A stretch of DNA of 64,000 bases from an uncultured delta proteobacterium. GTDB taxonomy: Bacteria > Desulfobacterota > Desulfobaccia > Desulfobaccales > 0-14-0-80-60-11. This document shows, piece by piece, positions 9,466 to 20,536 of this stretch (positions are counted from its first letter, which is position 1; each line of letters begins with the position of its first letter). The position numbers were made by a program, and so were the translations under genes. The DNA lies in NCBI GenBank assembly GCA_963812015.1, contig CAWETI010000002.1:1056001-1120000 (forward strand), in the 5' to 3' direction. The notes beneath the pieces are model-generated. The model saw only the letters and a list, made by a program, of their open reading frames with translations. It had not been told where the DNA came from and ran no database searches.

Positions 9466-9873
9466 CTATCCCGAGGAACCTCTGATAAGATGATTACTCC
9501 CACGACCGCGCCAGGTATATCTGGCGTGTCTGGTTTGAGGTAAGACCTATTATAATTGCATCTTTACCTCAGGTAAGCCTTTTGTCGCAATCAGAGTTTT
9601 CCTGATTTTCCCTTGGCAAAACCCTAAAAATACCATTCGTGGCGTTCCGGATACGATATTTTCGGCCGCCGGCCCTCGCCGCCCCCGCCCCTTTCCCCCC
9701 AAAAAAATATACCAAAAAGTAAAACATCTATATTATAAAAATACTAAAACGTATAACAAATCTAATTATAATTGACATTATCGTACAATAAATACCGGTA
9801 AGGCATAGAAGGATTTCAGGTAGAAGTTTTATAAATAAGTAAAAACAATATGTTATGTTGATTGCGGTAAGAG

Positions 9874-9889
9874 TGGCATAAGGCTTGCT
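9874..9889 (+). promoter_or_regulatory. sigma54 -24/-12 promoter of the nif operon
   Basis: TGGCAT-AAGGC-TTGCT (GG-N10-GC) about 40 nt before nifH, with an AT-rich upstream tract. Confidence 0.75.
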
Positions 9890-9912
9890 TCTTAATGTAG
9901 GCAAAATTCTGA

Positions 9913-10752
<840 letters not shown>

Positions 10753-10770
10753 GCGGAAGGGGAGGGAACC

Positions 10771-10890
10771 ATGAATCTTATCAGCGCCGTGCTGGTAAAT
10801 CTTTGGGTGGCAGGTTGGGCGGTGGCCGCCCTACGAGCATCTCTCAAGGCCAAGGCCGCAACCATTGACGGCCCGATCTCAAGCAAGTGA
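10771..10890 (+). CDS. Small hydrophobic ORF (39 aa) between nifH and nifI1
   Basis: SD GGAGGG then MNLISAVLVNLWVAGWAVAALRASLKAKAATIDGPISSK*. Fills the spacer. Below track cutoff. Confidence 0.45.
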   Translation: MNLISAVLVNLWVAGWAVAALRASLKAKAATIDGPISSK

Positions 10891-10919
10891 CCAGGAAAAA
10901 CGTAACAGGAGGAAGAGTC

Positions 10920-11276
10920 ATGATCATGATCAGATCGGTGGTGAGGCCGGAAAAAGTGGACGCGGTCCTGGCCGCCTTAATGGAAGCGGGATTCCCTGCG
11001 GTCACCAAAATGAGCGTGGTGGGCCGGGGCAAGCAGCGGGGCATCAAGATCGGGGAGATCACCTATGACGAAATCCCCAAGGAACTGCTGCTCACCGTGG
11101 TGAAGGATGCGGACAAGGATTTCGTCGTCAAGACCGTCCTCAAGGCGGCGCGCACCGGCGACAAGGGGGCTTTCGGCGACGGCAAGATCTTTGTCTCCCA
11201 GGTGGAGGAAGTCTACACCATCAGCTCCGGCATCAAGGAAAGCGGGGCCGGGGAGTTGGAAGAGGTAACGGTATGA
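10920..11276 (+). CDS. nifI1: PII-family nitrogenase regulator NifI1
   Basis: RPEK, GRGKQRG, GDGKIFV, located between nifH and nifD. Confidence 0.9.
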   Translation: MIMIRSVVRPEKVDAVLAALMEAGFPAVTKMSVVGRGKQRGIKIGEITYDEIPKELLLTVVKDADKDFVVKTVLKAARTGDKGAFGDGKIFVSQVEEVYTISSGIKESGAGELEEVTV

Positions 11277-11653
11277 AAGAGATTATGGCCATCGTGCGCA
11301 TCAATATGATGAATAAGACCAAGAAGGCCCTGGCGGAGGCGGGCATCTCCTCCATCACCGCCCGGGACGCCTTGGGGAGGGGCAAGGGCCTGGTGGACCT
11401 GACCCTGCTGGAAGGCGCGGAAAAAGGCTATGAGGAGGCCATCGTCCAGTTGGGCCAGAGCCAGCGTCTCATCCCCAAACGCATCTTCTTTGTCGTGGTC
11501 CCGGACCGGTTGGTCAAAAAAACCGTGCAGACCATCATTGCGGTGAACCGCACCGGCAAATCGGGCGACGGCAAGATCTTCGTCATGCCCGTGATGGACT
11601 CGGTTCGGGTGCGGACCGCCGAGTCCGGCGACCAGGTCTTGGACGAAGCCTGA
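11273..11653 (+). CDS. nifI2: PII-family nitrogenase regulator NifI2
   Basis: MKEIMAIVRINMMNKTK, GRGKG, GDGKIFV. Confidence 0.9.
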   Translation: MKEIMAIVRINMMNKTKKALAEAGISSITARDALGRGKGLVDLTLLEGAEKGYEEAIVQLGQSQRLIPKRIFFVVVPDRLVKKTVQTIIAVNRTGKSGDGKIFVMPVMDSVRVRTAESGDQVLDEA

Positions 11654-11687
11654 GCCAGACCTGCAGCAATCATACGGAGAAAGACCC

Positions 11688-13343
11688 ATGCCTGTAATAC
11701 CAGACAAAGACTTGAGTTCGACAATCTTGGAACTCGATGCGGCCGAGGTGAAGCGGGAGTTGATCAGCAAGTATCCCACCAAAGTCGCGAGGAAGCGCGC
11801 CAAGCAGATCGTCGTGAACGAGGTGGGCCCGGACAGTTGCGTGCCGGAAATTCAGTCCAACGTCAGGACCATCCCCGGCATCATCTCCCAGCGGGGCTGC
11901 ACCTACGCCGGCTGCAAAGGGGTAGTGTTGGGCCCCACCCGGGATATCGTCAACATCACCCACGGCCCCATCGGCTGCGGCTTCTATTCCTGGCTCACCC
12001 GCCGGAACCAGACCCGGCCCAAGAGCCCGGAAGACCATAATTTCATGACGTATTGTTTTTCCACGGACATGCAGGATGAGCAGATCATCTTCGGCGGCGA
12101 GAAGAAACTGCGGCAGGCGGTGCAAGAGGCCTATGATCTCTTCAAGCCCAAGGCCATCAGTATCTTCTCCACCTGCCCGGTGGGCCTCATCGGCGACGAC
12201 GTTCACGCAGTGGCCCGGGAGATGAAGGAAAAGCTGGGCGTCAACGTCTTTGCCTTTAGTTGCGAGGGCTACAAAGGGGTGAGTCAGTCCGCCGGCCACC
12301 ATATCGCCAACAACGGCATCTTCACCCACGTGGTGGGCCTGGACGACACCGTCAAGGAAGGCAAGTTCAAGATCAACATGCTGGGGGAATATAACATCGG
12401 CGGCGACGCCTTCGAAATCGAGCGCCTCTTTGAGGACATCGGCGTCACCCTGGTGGCCAGCTTCAGCGGCAACTCCAGCTACGATTATTTTGCCAACTCC
12501 CACACCGCGGACCTCAACCTCATCATGTGCCACCGCTCCATCAACTACGTGGCCGAGATGATGGAGACGAAATTTGGCATCCCCTGGATCAAGGTCAACT
12601 TCATCGGGGCCGAGGCCACGGCCAAGTCCTTGAGGAAGATCGCCGATTATTTCGACGACCCTGAATTGACCGAACGGGTGGAAGCGGTTATCGCCCGGGA
12701 AATGCCCGCCGTGGAGCAGGTGCGGAACGCAGTCAAGCCCAGGTGCGACGGCAAAACGGCCATGCTGTTCGTGGGCGGCTCCCGGGCCCACCATTACCAG
12801 GAACTCTTCCGGGAGATCGGCATGGAGACCATCGCCGCGGGCTACGAGTTCGCCCACCGGGACGACTACGAAGGCCGGCGGGTTTTGCCCAACCTCAAGG
12901 TTGACGCGGACAGCCGCAACATTGAAGAGCTACACATCGAACCGGACCCCAACCGCTACCAGCCCCGGTTGAGCGAGGCGGATAAGGCCCGGCTGGAGCA
13001 GGCCGGCATCAAGCTCAGCGAATACGAGGGCATGATGGCGGAGATGGAGAGCGGCGCCCTGGTCATCGACGATATCAGCCAGTTCGAAACCGAGCGGCTC
13101 ATAGAAATCTACCGGCCCGACATCATCTGCGCCGGCATCAAGGAAAAGTACGCCATTCAGAAGAGCGGCGTCCCCATGAAGCAACTGCACAGCTATGACT
13201 CCGGCGGACCGTATGCCGGCTTTAAGGGGGCCGTCAACTTCTACCGGGAGATCGACCGAATGGTCAACAGCAAGGTCTGGAAGTATCTGAAGGCGCCCTG
13301 GCAGGAGAATCCCGAACTGGCCGCCAAATATGCGTGGGAATGA
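11688..13343 (+). CDS. nifD: Nitrogenase MoFe protein alpha chain (group II-type with insertion)
   Basis: P-cluster Cys motifs RGCTYAGC, GPIGC, STCP. FeMoco ligands MCHRS and KQLHSYD. Confidence 0.97.
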   Translation: MPVIPDKDLSSTILELDAAEVKRELISKYPTKVARKRAKQIVVNEVGPDSCVPEIQSNVRTIPGIISQRGCTYAGCKGVVLGPTRDIVNITHGPIGCGFYSWLTRRNQTRPKSPEDHNFMTYCFSTDMQDEQIIFGGEKKLRQAVQEAYDLFKPKAISIFSTCPVGLIGDDVHAVAREMKEKLGVNVFAFSCEGYKGVSQSAGHHIANNGIFTHVVGLDDTVKEGKFKINMLGEYNIGGDAFEIERLFEDIGVTLVASFSGNSSYDYFANSHTADLNLIMCHRSINYVAEMMETKFGIPWIKVNFIGAEATAKSLRKIADYFDDPELTERVEAVIAREMPAVEQVRNAVKPRCDGKTAMLFVGGSRAHHYQELFREIGMETIAAGYEFAHRDDYEGRRVLPNLKVDADSRNIEELHIEPDPNRYQPRLSEADKARLEQAGIKLSEYEGMMAEMESGALVIDDISQFETERLIEIYRPDIICAGIKEKYAIQKSGVPMKQLHSYDSGGPYAGFKGAVNFYREIDRMVNSKVWKYLKAPWQENPELAAKYAWE

Positions 13344-13414
13344 ACCGGGGAGAGCCCGCCGGTCTGAGAGCCGCCGCGGCGCACCGCCCCGGATGAGGAA
13401 CCGAGGATAACGCC

Positions 13415-14791
13415 ATGTTATTAAGACATACTCCCTGTGAAATTACGGAACGCACGGCCTTGACCATTAATCCGGCCAAGACCTGCCAGCCCATCGGGGC
13501 GATGTACGCCGCCCTGGGCATCCACAGTTGCCTGCCCCACAGCCACGGCTCCCAGGGGTGCTACGCCTATCACCGCAGCGCCTTAACCCGCCACTACAAA
13601 GAGCCGGTGATGGCGGGGACGAGTGCCTTCACCGAAGGCGCCTCCGTGTTCGGGGGGCAGGCCAACCTGCTCCAGGCCATCAACAACATCTTTACCATAT
13701 ATGAGCCCGAGGTCATTGCGGTTCATACCACCTGCCTGTCGGAGACCATCGGGGACGACATCCCCCAGATCATCGCCAAGGCCAGGGATGAAGGCAAGAT
13801 TCCTCCGGGCAAATACGTCATCCATGCCAATACCCCCAGTTACGTGGGGTCCCATGTCACCGGCTTTGCCAACATGGTGAAAGGCATGGTGGATTATTTC
13901 GCCACGGCCAACGGCCACAAGGAGAACCGGATCAACCTGATTCCCGGCTACGTGGAGCCCTCCGACATGGAAGAGATCAAGCGCATTGCCGGTGAGCTGA
14001 GGGTGCCCATCATCATGTTCCCCGACACCTCCAATGTGCTCAACGGTCCCCAGACGGGAAAATATCACATGTATCCCGCCGGGGGCACCTCGGTGGCCGA
14101 TTTGATCCTCGCCGGGAGCAGCATGGGCACGGTGGCCCTGGGGCCCCTGGCCTCCGGGCCGGCCGCCCGGGCTTTGGACACCAAGTGCAAGGTGCCCTGC
14201 GAAATCCTGAACCTGCCCATCGGCCTTATGGCCACCGACAATTTTATTGACACTTTAAGAAGGATCGCTGGGGTGACCGTGCCCGACTCCCTCAATATTG
14301 ATCGGGGCCGGCTCCTGGACGTCATCACCGACATGCACCAGTATTTCTACGGCCGTAAGGTGGCCCTGGCGGGGGACCCGGATCAACTCATTTCCCTCAC
14401 CGAGTTTCTGGTGTCCATCGACATGTGGCCCATCCATATCGTCACCGGTACCCCGGGGAAAAAGTTCGAAGCCCGGATCAAGGAGATCACCAAAGAAGTG
14501 CCACATCCGGTTAACGTCAAGAGCGCCGGGGATATGTTTTTGCTGCATCAGTGGATCAAAAACGACCCGGTGAATCTGCTGATGGGTAACACCTATATGA
14601 AGTACATCGCCCGGGATGAAGACATCCCCCTGGTGCGCTTTGGCTTTCCCATCCTGGACCGCGTCGGCCACAGCTATTTCCCCACCGTGGGCTATCGGGG
14701 CGGATTGCGCCTGCTGGAAAAGATCCTGGACGCCCTGCTGGACCGCCAGGATCGGGATGCCTTGGAAGAGAGCTTCGAGTTGGTCATGTAG
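13415..14791 (+). CDS. nifK: Nitrogenase MoFe protein beta chain
   Basis: INPAKTCQPIGA, HGSQGC, TTCLSETIGDD, TPSYVGSH. Confidence 0.97.
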   Translation: MLLRHTPCEITERTALTINPAKTCQPIGAMYAALGIHSCLPHSHGSQGCYAYHRSALTRHYKEPVMAGTSAFTEGASVFGGQANLLQAINNIFTIYEPEVIAVHTTCLSETIGDDIPQIIAKARDEGKIPPGKYVIHANTPSYVGSHVTGFANMVKGMVDYFATANGHKENRINLIPGYVEPSDMEEIKRIAGELRVPIIMFPDTSNVLNGPQTGKYHMYPAGGTSVADLILAGSSMGTVALGPLASGPAARALDTKCKVPCEILNLPIGLMATDNFIDTLRRIAGVTVPDSLNIDRGRLLDVITDMHQYFYGRKVALAGDPDQLISLTEFLVSIDMWPIHIVTGTPGKKFEARIKEITKEVPHPVNVKSAGDMFLLHQWIKNDPVNLLMGNTYMKYIARDEDIPLVRFGFPILDRVGHSYFPTVGYRGGLRLLEKILDALLDRQDRDALEESFELVM

Positions 14792-14841
14792 AACCGCCGC
14801 CCCCGGCGGCGGTGCCACATTTCTGGAGAAAGGGAAAAACC

Positions 14842-15147
14842 ATGGAAAAACCTGAACATCATATCTTCGTGTGCATGAGTTTCCGGGGCCTGGAGCCTAA
14901 AGGCAAGTGTATCAAGAAAAACGCCCCCGAGTTGCTGGGTTATTTGGAATCGGAACTGGCGGACCGCGGCCTGGACAACGTCATGGTATCCAGCACCGGT
15001 TGCTTGAAACTCTGCGAAAAAGGGCCGGTGGTGTTGGTCTACCCGCAAGGGTATTGGTATCAGGGGGTAGACGGTGAAGACGCCATCGACGCCATCCTGG
15101 ACGGCCTGGAAAACGGCGGCCCGGCCAAGGAGTATTTGGTGGACTGA
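14842..15147 (+). CDS. Thioredoxin-like [2Fe-2S] ferredoxin
   Basis: HIFVC..C..TGCLKLCEKGPVVLVYP. Confidence 0.9.
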   Translation: MEKPEHHIFVCMSFRGLEPKGKCIKKNAPELLGYLESELADRGLDNVMVSSTGCLKLCEKGPVVLVYPQGYWYQGVDGEDAIDAILDGLENGGPAKEYLVD

Positions 15148-15219
15148 GATGGTTGGGAAGGGGGGCTAAGGGCTTTTTCATAAATGCCCTTACCCCCTTC
15201 CCCAAACAAGGAGTTATCG

Positions 15220-16569
15220 ATGAAGCCAGCCATTTTTGAAGAACGTCGGGACCAGATCCACCGCAAAGGCGCCCAGCCCTTCCGGATGGAGTGCGACCGG
15301 GAGAGCCTGGCCGGGGCGGTGAGTCAGCGGGCCTGCGTCTTCTGCGGCTCCCGGGTGGTGCTCTACCCCATCGCCGATGCCCTGCACCTGGTGCACGGCC
15401 CCATCGGCTGCGCCGCCTACACCTGGGACATCCGGGGGGCCCTGTCCTCGGGGCCGGAACTCCACCGCCTGAGCTTTTCCACCGACCTTCAGGAAATGGA
15501 CGTGATCTTCGGCGGCGAATCCAAGCTCTACCGGGCTTTGAACGAACTCATCGACCGGCACCACCCCAAGGCGGCCTTCGTTTACTCCACCTGCATTGTG
15601 GGGATTATCGGCGACGACCTGGAGGGCGTCTGCAAAAAGGTGAGCGAAGAGAAGGGCATCCCGGTCCTGCCCGTCCAATCCGAAGGGTTTAAGGGCAACA
15701 AGCGGGCCGGCTACGACGCCGCCTGCCAGGCCATGTTCCGCCTGGTGGGCACCGGCGAGACCACCGGCATCAGCGATAAGAGCCTCAACATCCTGGGAGA
15801 CTTCAACCTGGCCGGGGAGATCTGGATCATCCGGGACTACTTCAAGCGCATGGGCATCGAAGTGGTGGCCAACATCACCGGCGACGGCCGGGTGGATGAC
15901 ATCCGCCGGGCCCACGGCGCCGCCCTGAACGTGGTCCAGTGCTCCGGGTCCACCATGGACCTGGCCAAAATGATGGAAGAAAAATATGGCACCCCGCACC
16001 TCCGGGTCTCCTATTTCGGGGTGGAGGACATGGCCGAATCCCTCTACGACGTGGCCCGGTTCTTTAAGGACCCGGAGATGATGGAGCGCACCAAGGAGTT
16101 GGTCCGGGAAGAGCTGTCGGTCCTCTATCCCAAGCTCCGGGAATACCAGGAAGCCCTGTTCGGCAAAAAAGCCGCCATTTATGTGGGTGGGGCCTTCAAG
16201 GCCTTTTCCCTGGTCAAGGCCTTTCGCCTCCTGGGCATGAAAGTGGTCCTGGTGGGCTCCCAGACCGGCACCCAGGAAGACTACCAGGAACTCCACGATA
16301 TCACCGACGACGGCACGATTATCGTGGACGACTCCAATCCCCTGGAACTGTCCAGCTTTCTTAAGGAGCAGGACGTGGACATCTTTGTGGGCGGGGTCAA
16401 AGAACGCCCCATCGCCTATAAGCTGGGGGTGGGCTTCTGTGACCACAACCACGAACGTAAGGAAGCCCTGGAAGGCTTCGTGGGCATGCTCAATTTCGCC
16501 CAAGAGGTCTACAATACCGTGATGAGCCCGGTGTGGCGCTTCGTGCCTCGGCGGACGGGACAGAATTAG
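15220..16569 (+). CDS. nifE: FeMo-cofactor scaffold NifE
   Basis: SQRACVFCG, HGPIGC, STCIVG, VQCSGS. Confidence 0.95.
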   Translation: MKPAIFEERRDQIHRKGAQPFRMECDRESLAGAVSQRACVFCGSRVVLYPIADALHLVHGPIGCAAYTWDIRGALSSGPELHRLSFSTDLQEMDVIFGGESKLYRALNELIDRHHPKAAFVYSTCIVGIIGDDLEGVCKKVSEEKGIPVLPVQSEGFKGNKRAGYDAACQAMFRLVGTGETTGISDKSLNILGDFNLAGEIWIIRDYFKRMGIEVVANITGDGRVDDIRRAHGAALNVVQCSGSTMDLAKMMEEKYGTPHLRVSYFGVEDMAESLYDVARFFKDPEMMERTKELVREELSVLYPKLREYQEALFGKKAAIYVGGAFKAFSLVKAFRLLGMKVVLVGSQTGTQEDYQELHDITDDGTIIVDDSNPLELSSFLKEQDVDIFVGGVKERPIAYKLGVGFCDHNHERKEALEGFVGMLNFAQEVYNTVMSPVWRFVPRRTGQN

Positions 16570-16636
16570 TAGGGGAAGGACGGCAGGGAGCACTTACGAA
16601 AAAGCCCCCTGCCCCAAAAGTAAAAAGGACAAGATC

Positions 16637-17995
16637 ATGAAGAACTCTGGCGAACCATACGTCTCCACCACCAACGCCTGCAAGCTGTGCAAGCCGTTGG
16701 GGGCCTGTCTGGCCTTCCGGGGGATTGAAGGGGCGGTGCCCTTTCTCCACGGCTCCCAGGGTTGTGCCACCTATATGCGGCGTTACGTCATCAGCCATTT
16801 CCGGGAGCCCATGGACATTGCGTCTTCGTCTTTGGGGGAGAAGCACGCCATCTATGGCGGCGGCCCCAACCTCAAGCAGGGCCTCAAAAACGTCATGACC
16901 AAGTATGGCGCCGACCTCATCGGGGTGGCTTCCACTTGTCTCACCGAGACCATCGGCGACGACATGCCCGGATTGGTGAAGGAGTTTCGCCGGGAGTTGA
17001 ATGAGGGCGAATCGCCGGAGATCGTCACGGTCTCCACCCCAAGCTACAGCGGCACCCACATGGAAGGCTTTCGCGCCGCGGTCAAGGCGGTGGTGGAGCA
17101 CCTGGCCCAGGGTGGCGAGCCCACTGGCGCGGTCAATCTGCTGCCGGGGTTCGTCTCTCCGGCGGACCTGAGATATTTGCAGGAAATCCTGGCGGATTTC
17201 GGTCTGACCGGCATCACCCTGCCGGATTATTCCGATACCCTGGACGGGGGGGCCCAACTGGACTATGAGAAGATTCCCGCCGGTGGAACGCCCCTGGCGG
17301 CGATTAAGGCCATGGGCGCGTCCCGGGCCACCCTGGAGTTCGGGCGCACCCTGTTTCCCCAGGAGACCGCGGGTCGCCTCCTGGAGGAACGCTTCGGGGT
17401 GCCCTGGCGCCCCCTGGGCCTGCCCATCGGTCTGCGGGAGACGGACGAGTTCTTTAAGGTGCTGGAAGACCTGGCCGGGCGTATCACCCCCGACAAGCAC
17501 GCCGCGGAGCGTGGCCGCCTCATCGACGCTTACGTGGATGGACACAAGTACATCTTTAACAAGCGGGCGGTGGTGTTCGGCGAAGAGGACCTGGTGGTGG
17601 GCCTCGTGTCCTTCCTGGCGGAGATCGGCGTTAAGCCGGTGCTGTGCGCCTCCGGCGGGCGGAGCGGCCGCCTGGCCGCGGCGGTGGCCGAAGTCACCGG
17701 GACCCTGCTGCCGGAGCCCCCGGTGGTCCGGGAAGGGGCGGATTTTTTTGAGATCGCCGATGAGGCCGAGGCACTGGCGCCCGATCTGCTCATCGGCCAC
17801 AGCAAGGGCTACCATCTGGCCAAGCGCTGGCAGGTGCCCCTGGTGCGGGTCGGGTTTCCTATCCACGACCGCTTCGGCGGCCCCAGAATACTGCACCTGG
17901 GTTACCGCGGGGCCCAAAGCCTTTTGGACCGGATCGTCAACGCTATGATTGAAGGCAAGCAGGAAACCAGCCCAGTAGGCTATGGCTATATGTAA
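16637..17995 (+). CDS. nifN: FeMo-cofactor scaffold NifN
   Basis: NACKLCKPLGA, HGSQGCATY, STCLTETIGDD, follows nifE. Confidence 0.9.
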   Translation: MKNSGEPYVSTTNACKLCKPLGACLAFRGIEGAVPFLHGSQGCATYMRRYVISHFREPMDIASSSLGEKHAIYGGGPNLKQGLKNVMTKYGADLIGVASTCLTETIGDDMPGLVKEFRRELNEGESPEIVTVSTPSYSGTHMEGFRAAVKAVVEHLAQGGEPTGAVNLLPGFVSPADLRYLQEILADFGLTGITLPDYSDTLDGGAQLDYEKIPAGGTPLAAIKAMGASRATLEFGRTLFPQETAGRLLEERFGVPWRPLGLPIGLRETDEFFKVLEDLAGRITPDKHAAERGRLIDAYVDGHKYIFNKRAVVFGEEDLVVGLVSFLAEIGVKPVLCASGGRSGRLAAAVAEVTGTLLPEPPVVREGADFFEIADEAEALAPDLLIGHSKGYHLAKRWQVPLVRVGFPIHDRFGGPRILHLGYRGAQSLLDRIVNAMIEGKQETSPVGYGYM

Positions 17996-18081
17996 ATTGC
18001 GAGGACAATGTTTCGAGAGGGCAGGGGGCATGACCTCCCCCCAACGGAAAACTCGAAATTCCCCATACAGGAAATACGGTC

Positions 18082-19344
18082 ATGATGAATACTGATCGAC
18101 ATCCATGCTTCAATGTGGCAGTCAAGGGAGAATGCGGGCGGGTGCACCTGCCGGTGGCCCCCAAGTGCAACATCCTGTGCAACTATTGCAACCGGAAATA
18201 CGATTGCGTCAATGAGAGCCGCCCGGGGGTCACCAGCGCGGTGCTCAAGCCGAAGCAGGCCATCGCTTACCTGGAACGGGTTCTGGAGGCCGAGCCCCGC
18301 ATCACCGTGGCGGGCCTCGCCGGCCCGGGAGACCCCTTCGCCAACCCTAAAGAGACCCTGGAGACCATTCGCCTGATTCGCCGGCGGTTCCCGGACCTCT
18401 TGCTGTGTCTGGCCACCAACGGCCTGGGCTTGCCCCCCTATCTGGATGAACTGGCGGAGCTCCAGGTCTCCCACGTCACCCTGACGGTGAATGCGGTGGA
18501 CCCGGAGATCGGCAGCCGGATTTACAGTTGGGTGCGGGACGGCAAAGTGATCTATCGGGGCCGGAAGGCGGCGGAAGTCTTGCTGGAGCGGCAACTGGAG
18601 TCTATCGGCGGCCTCAAGGCCCGGGGGATTACGGTCAAGATCAACACCATCATCATTCCCGGGATCAACGACCACCACGTGCAGGAGGTGGCCAAACGGA
18701 TGGCGGAACTGGGCGTGGACATCCTCAACTGCATGCCGGTGTTCCCCAACGCCGATACGCCCTTCGGCCACCTGCCGGAACCGCCCCCGGAGCAAATGAC
18801 CGGAATCCGCCGGGAGGCGGAGAAGATTATCCCCCAGATGCACCATTGCACCCGGTGCCGGGCCGACGCGGTGGGGTTGCTGGAAGCGGACCGCACCGAT
18901 GAATTCCGGGGCTGCCTGTCGGCTTGCGCCAATCAGGTCCCGGCCCCGGCCGACCGGCCATACGTGGCCGTGGCCACCCAGGAGGGGGTGCTGGTGAACC
19001 TGCACCTGGGGGAAGCCCCTGGCTTCCAGATTTGGGGACCCATGGACAACGGCTTTCGGGCGATGGAAGTGCGGCAGGCGCCGCCCCCCGGCGGCGGGTC
19101 CGACCGGTGGTGGACTTTGGCGGAAACCTTGAAAGACTGCCGGGCGGTGCTGGTGAGCGGCATCGGCGACACCCCCGAGGCCGTGCTGAGCGAAGCCGGG
19201 GTGGAGCCGGTGGTGATGAACGGCTTCATCGAGATGGCCCTGACCGTCATCTACGGGGGCGGCGACCTGTCGGGGCTCAAAGGCCGCAGGTCCGGGGTCG
19301 CCGGGGGCTGCTGCAACAAGAAGTCGGGGGAGGGGTGCGGCTAA
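18082..19344 (+). CDS. nifB: FeMo-cofactor biosynthesis radical SAM protein with NifX-like C-domain
   Basis: HPC, HLPVAPKCNILCNYC, NESRPG, AGPGDP, HCTRCRADA, NLHLGEA. Confidence 0.96.
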   Translation: MMNTDRHPCFNVAVKGECGRVHLPVAPKCNILCNYCNRKYDCVNESRPGVTSAVLKPKQAIAYLERVLEAEPRITVAGLAGPGDPFANPKETLETIRLIRRRFPDLLLCLATNGLGLPPYLDELAELQVSHVTLTVNAVDPEIGSRIYSWVRDGKVIYRGRKAAEVLLERQLESIGGLKARGITVKINTIIIPGINDHHVQEVAKRMAELGVDILNCMPVFPNADTPFGHLPEPPPEQMTGIRREAEKIIPQMHHCTRCRADAVGLLEADRTDEFRGCLSACANQVPAPADRPYVAVATQEGVLVNLHLGEAPGFQIWGPMDNGFRAMEVRQAPPPGGGSDRWWTLAETLKDCRAVLVSGIGDTPEAVLSEAGVEPVVMNGFIEMALTVIYGGGDLSGLKGRRSGVAGGCCNKKSGEGCG

Positions 19345-19736
19345 CCGTTCATGGATCGATCTTAACTGAAGAGGTCCACCGTCTAACCCGTCGGCCCTGG
19401 CGCCCTGTCCAGGGCCGATGCTTTCTTGAGCAGGCGGTTTAAGACCAGGCATGATTATTCTGGGAGCAGCGCCGGACCTCAGCTTTCCAAGATGGCGAGA
19501 TGCGGCGCGACGCTCCGTACAACCATGGCCGCCCAGGCTGTGTCTGGGTCTTGAGCGCGAGGCTTCCAATACGAGTGGTGCCGCAGGCGGGAGAAGTTGG
19601 GATAAGCGCGGCGTCCGGCGCGAAGAAGAGTTGCCAGCCGGACCCCGGTAATTTATAATTACTATTCGAGATAGCGCGATTAACCGGGGGCTGGCCGCAC
19701 CCGGAAATTTTTTTATGTTTGTAAAGGACGGATACT

Positions 19737-20408
19737 ATGGTTGTGGGAGAAAGAAAACCCCTCTCCGAAATCCAGGAGATGGTGCGCCCCTATGGCAAAA
19801 TTCTCATCGCCGGGTGCGATACCTGCACCGCGGAATGTTTGAGCGGCGGTCGCAAGCAGGTGGCGGAACTGGCTGCCGCCCTGGACATGGCCTGCCGCCT
19901 GGAAGGCAAGACGCTGGAAATCCAGGAAATAAGCGTCGATCGCCAGTGCATCCATGAATTCCTCCTGGATGTCATCGATAAGGCCGAAGGCGCTGACGCG
20001 GTGCTTTCCATCGCCTGTGGCGCCGGGATTCAGAGCCTGGCGGAACGCCTGCCGGGTAAAGCGGTGTTGCCGGGCCTCAACACCATGTTCATCGGGGAAA
20101 CTGCGGGCTCCGGCCTGTGGCAGGAGCGCTGCCAGGGATGCGGCAACTGTGTCCTGGGCACGACCGGGGGCTTGTGCCCGGTGACCCGCTGCGCCAAGGG
20201 CCTGCTTAACGGCCCCTGCGGCGGCTCCCAGGGCGGCAAATGCGAAGTCTCGGTCACCTTAAAACGTGATGTGCCCTGCGTCTGGGCCATGATTTATGAC
20301 CGCATGAAAGAGTTAGGCGAACTGGAGCGCCTCACGGCCTATTGCGAACCCAAAGACTGGCGCCCCGCCGGCGGCAGCGGCCCCCGGGAGTTGGTGCGGC
20401 AGGATTAG
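19737..20408 (+). CDS. Methylene-THF reductase C-terminal (MetV-like) Cys-rich protein
   Basis: GCDTC, RQC, ACGAG, CQGCGNC, CPVTRCAKGLLNGPCGG, CVW. Confidence 0.85.
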   Translation: MVVGERKPLSEIQEMVRPYGKILIAGCDTCTAECLSGGRKQVAELAAALDMACRLEGKTLEIQEISVDRQCIHEFLLDVIDKAEGADAVLSIACGAGIQSLAERLPGKAVLPGLNTMFIGETAGSGLWQERCQGCGNCVLGTTGGLCPVTRCAKGLLNGPCGGSQGGKCEVSVTLKRDVPCVWAMIYDRMKELGELERLTAYCEPKDWRPAGGSGPRELVRQD

Positions 20409-20452
20409 GGGGGCAGGACCGGGAGCACTAAGCTCCCCATAATTTTCTTTGC

Positions 20453-20483
20453 AGGGCCGGCCGCGTCGCCGGCCCTTTTTTTT
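20453..20483 (+). terminator. Rho-independent terminator
   Basis: AGGGCCGGC/GCCGGCCCT stem followed by a T-run. Confidence 0.8.
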
Positions 20484-20536
20484 GCGTTGCGGCGCCCATA
20501 GAGGAAAAGCTTTGATTTGATCAGAAGGAAACGGGA

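Noticed and set aside
11688..14791. Alternative (V/Fe-only) nitrogenase or nif-like reductase
   Set aside because: There is no vnfG/anfG, the KQLHSYD context is Mo-type, and nifEN is present.
15214..19569. Long antisense ORFs over nifE/N/B, and similar ones over GT2, the kinase, leuB and liv genes
   Set aside because: These are shadow frames caused by high-GC codon bias, with no motifs.
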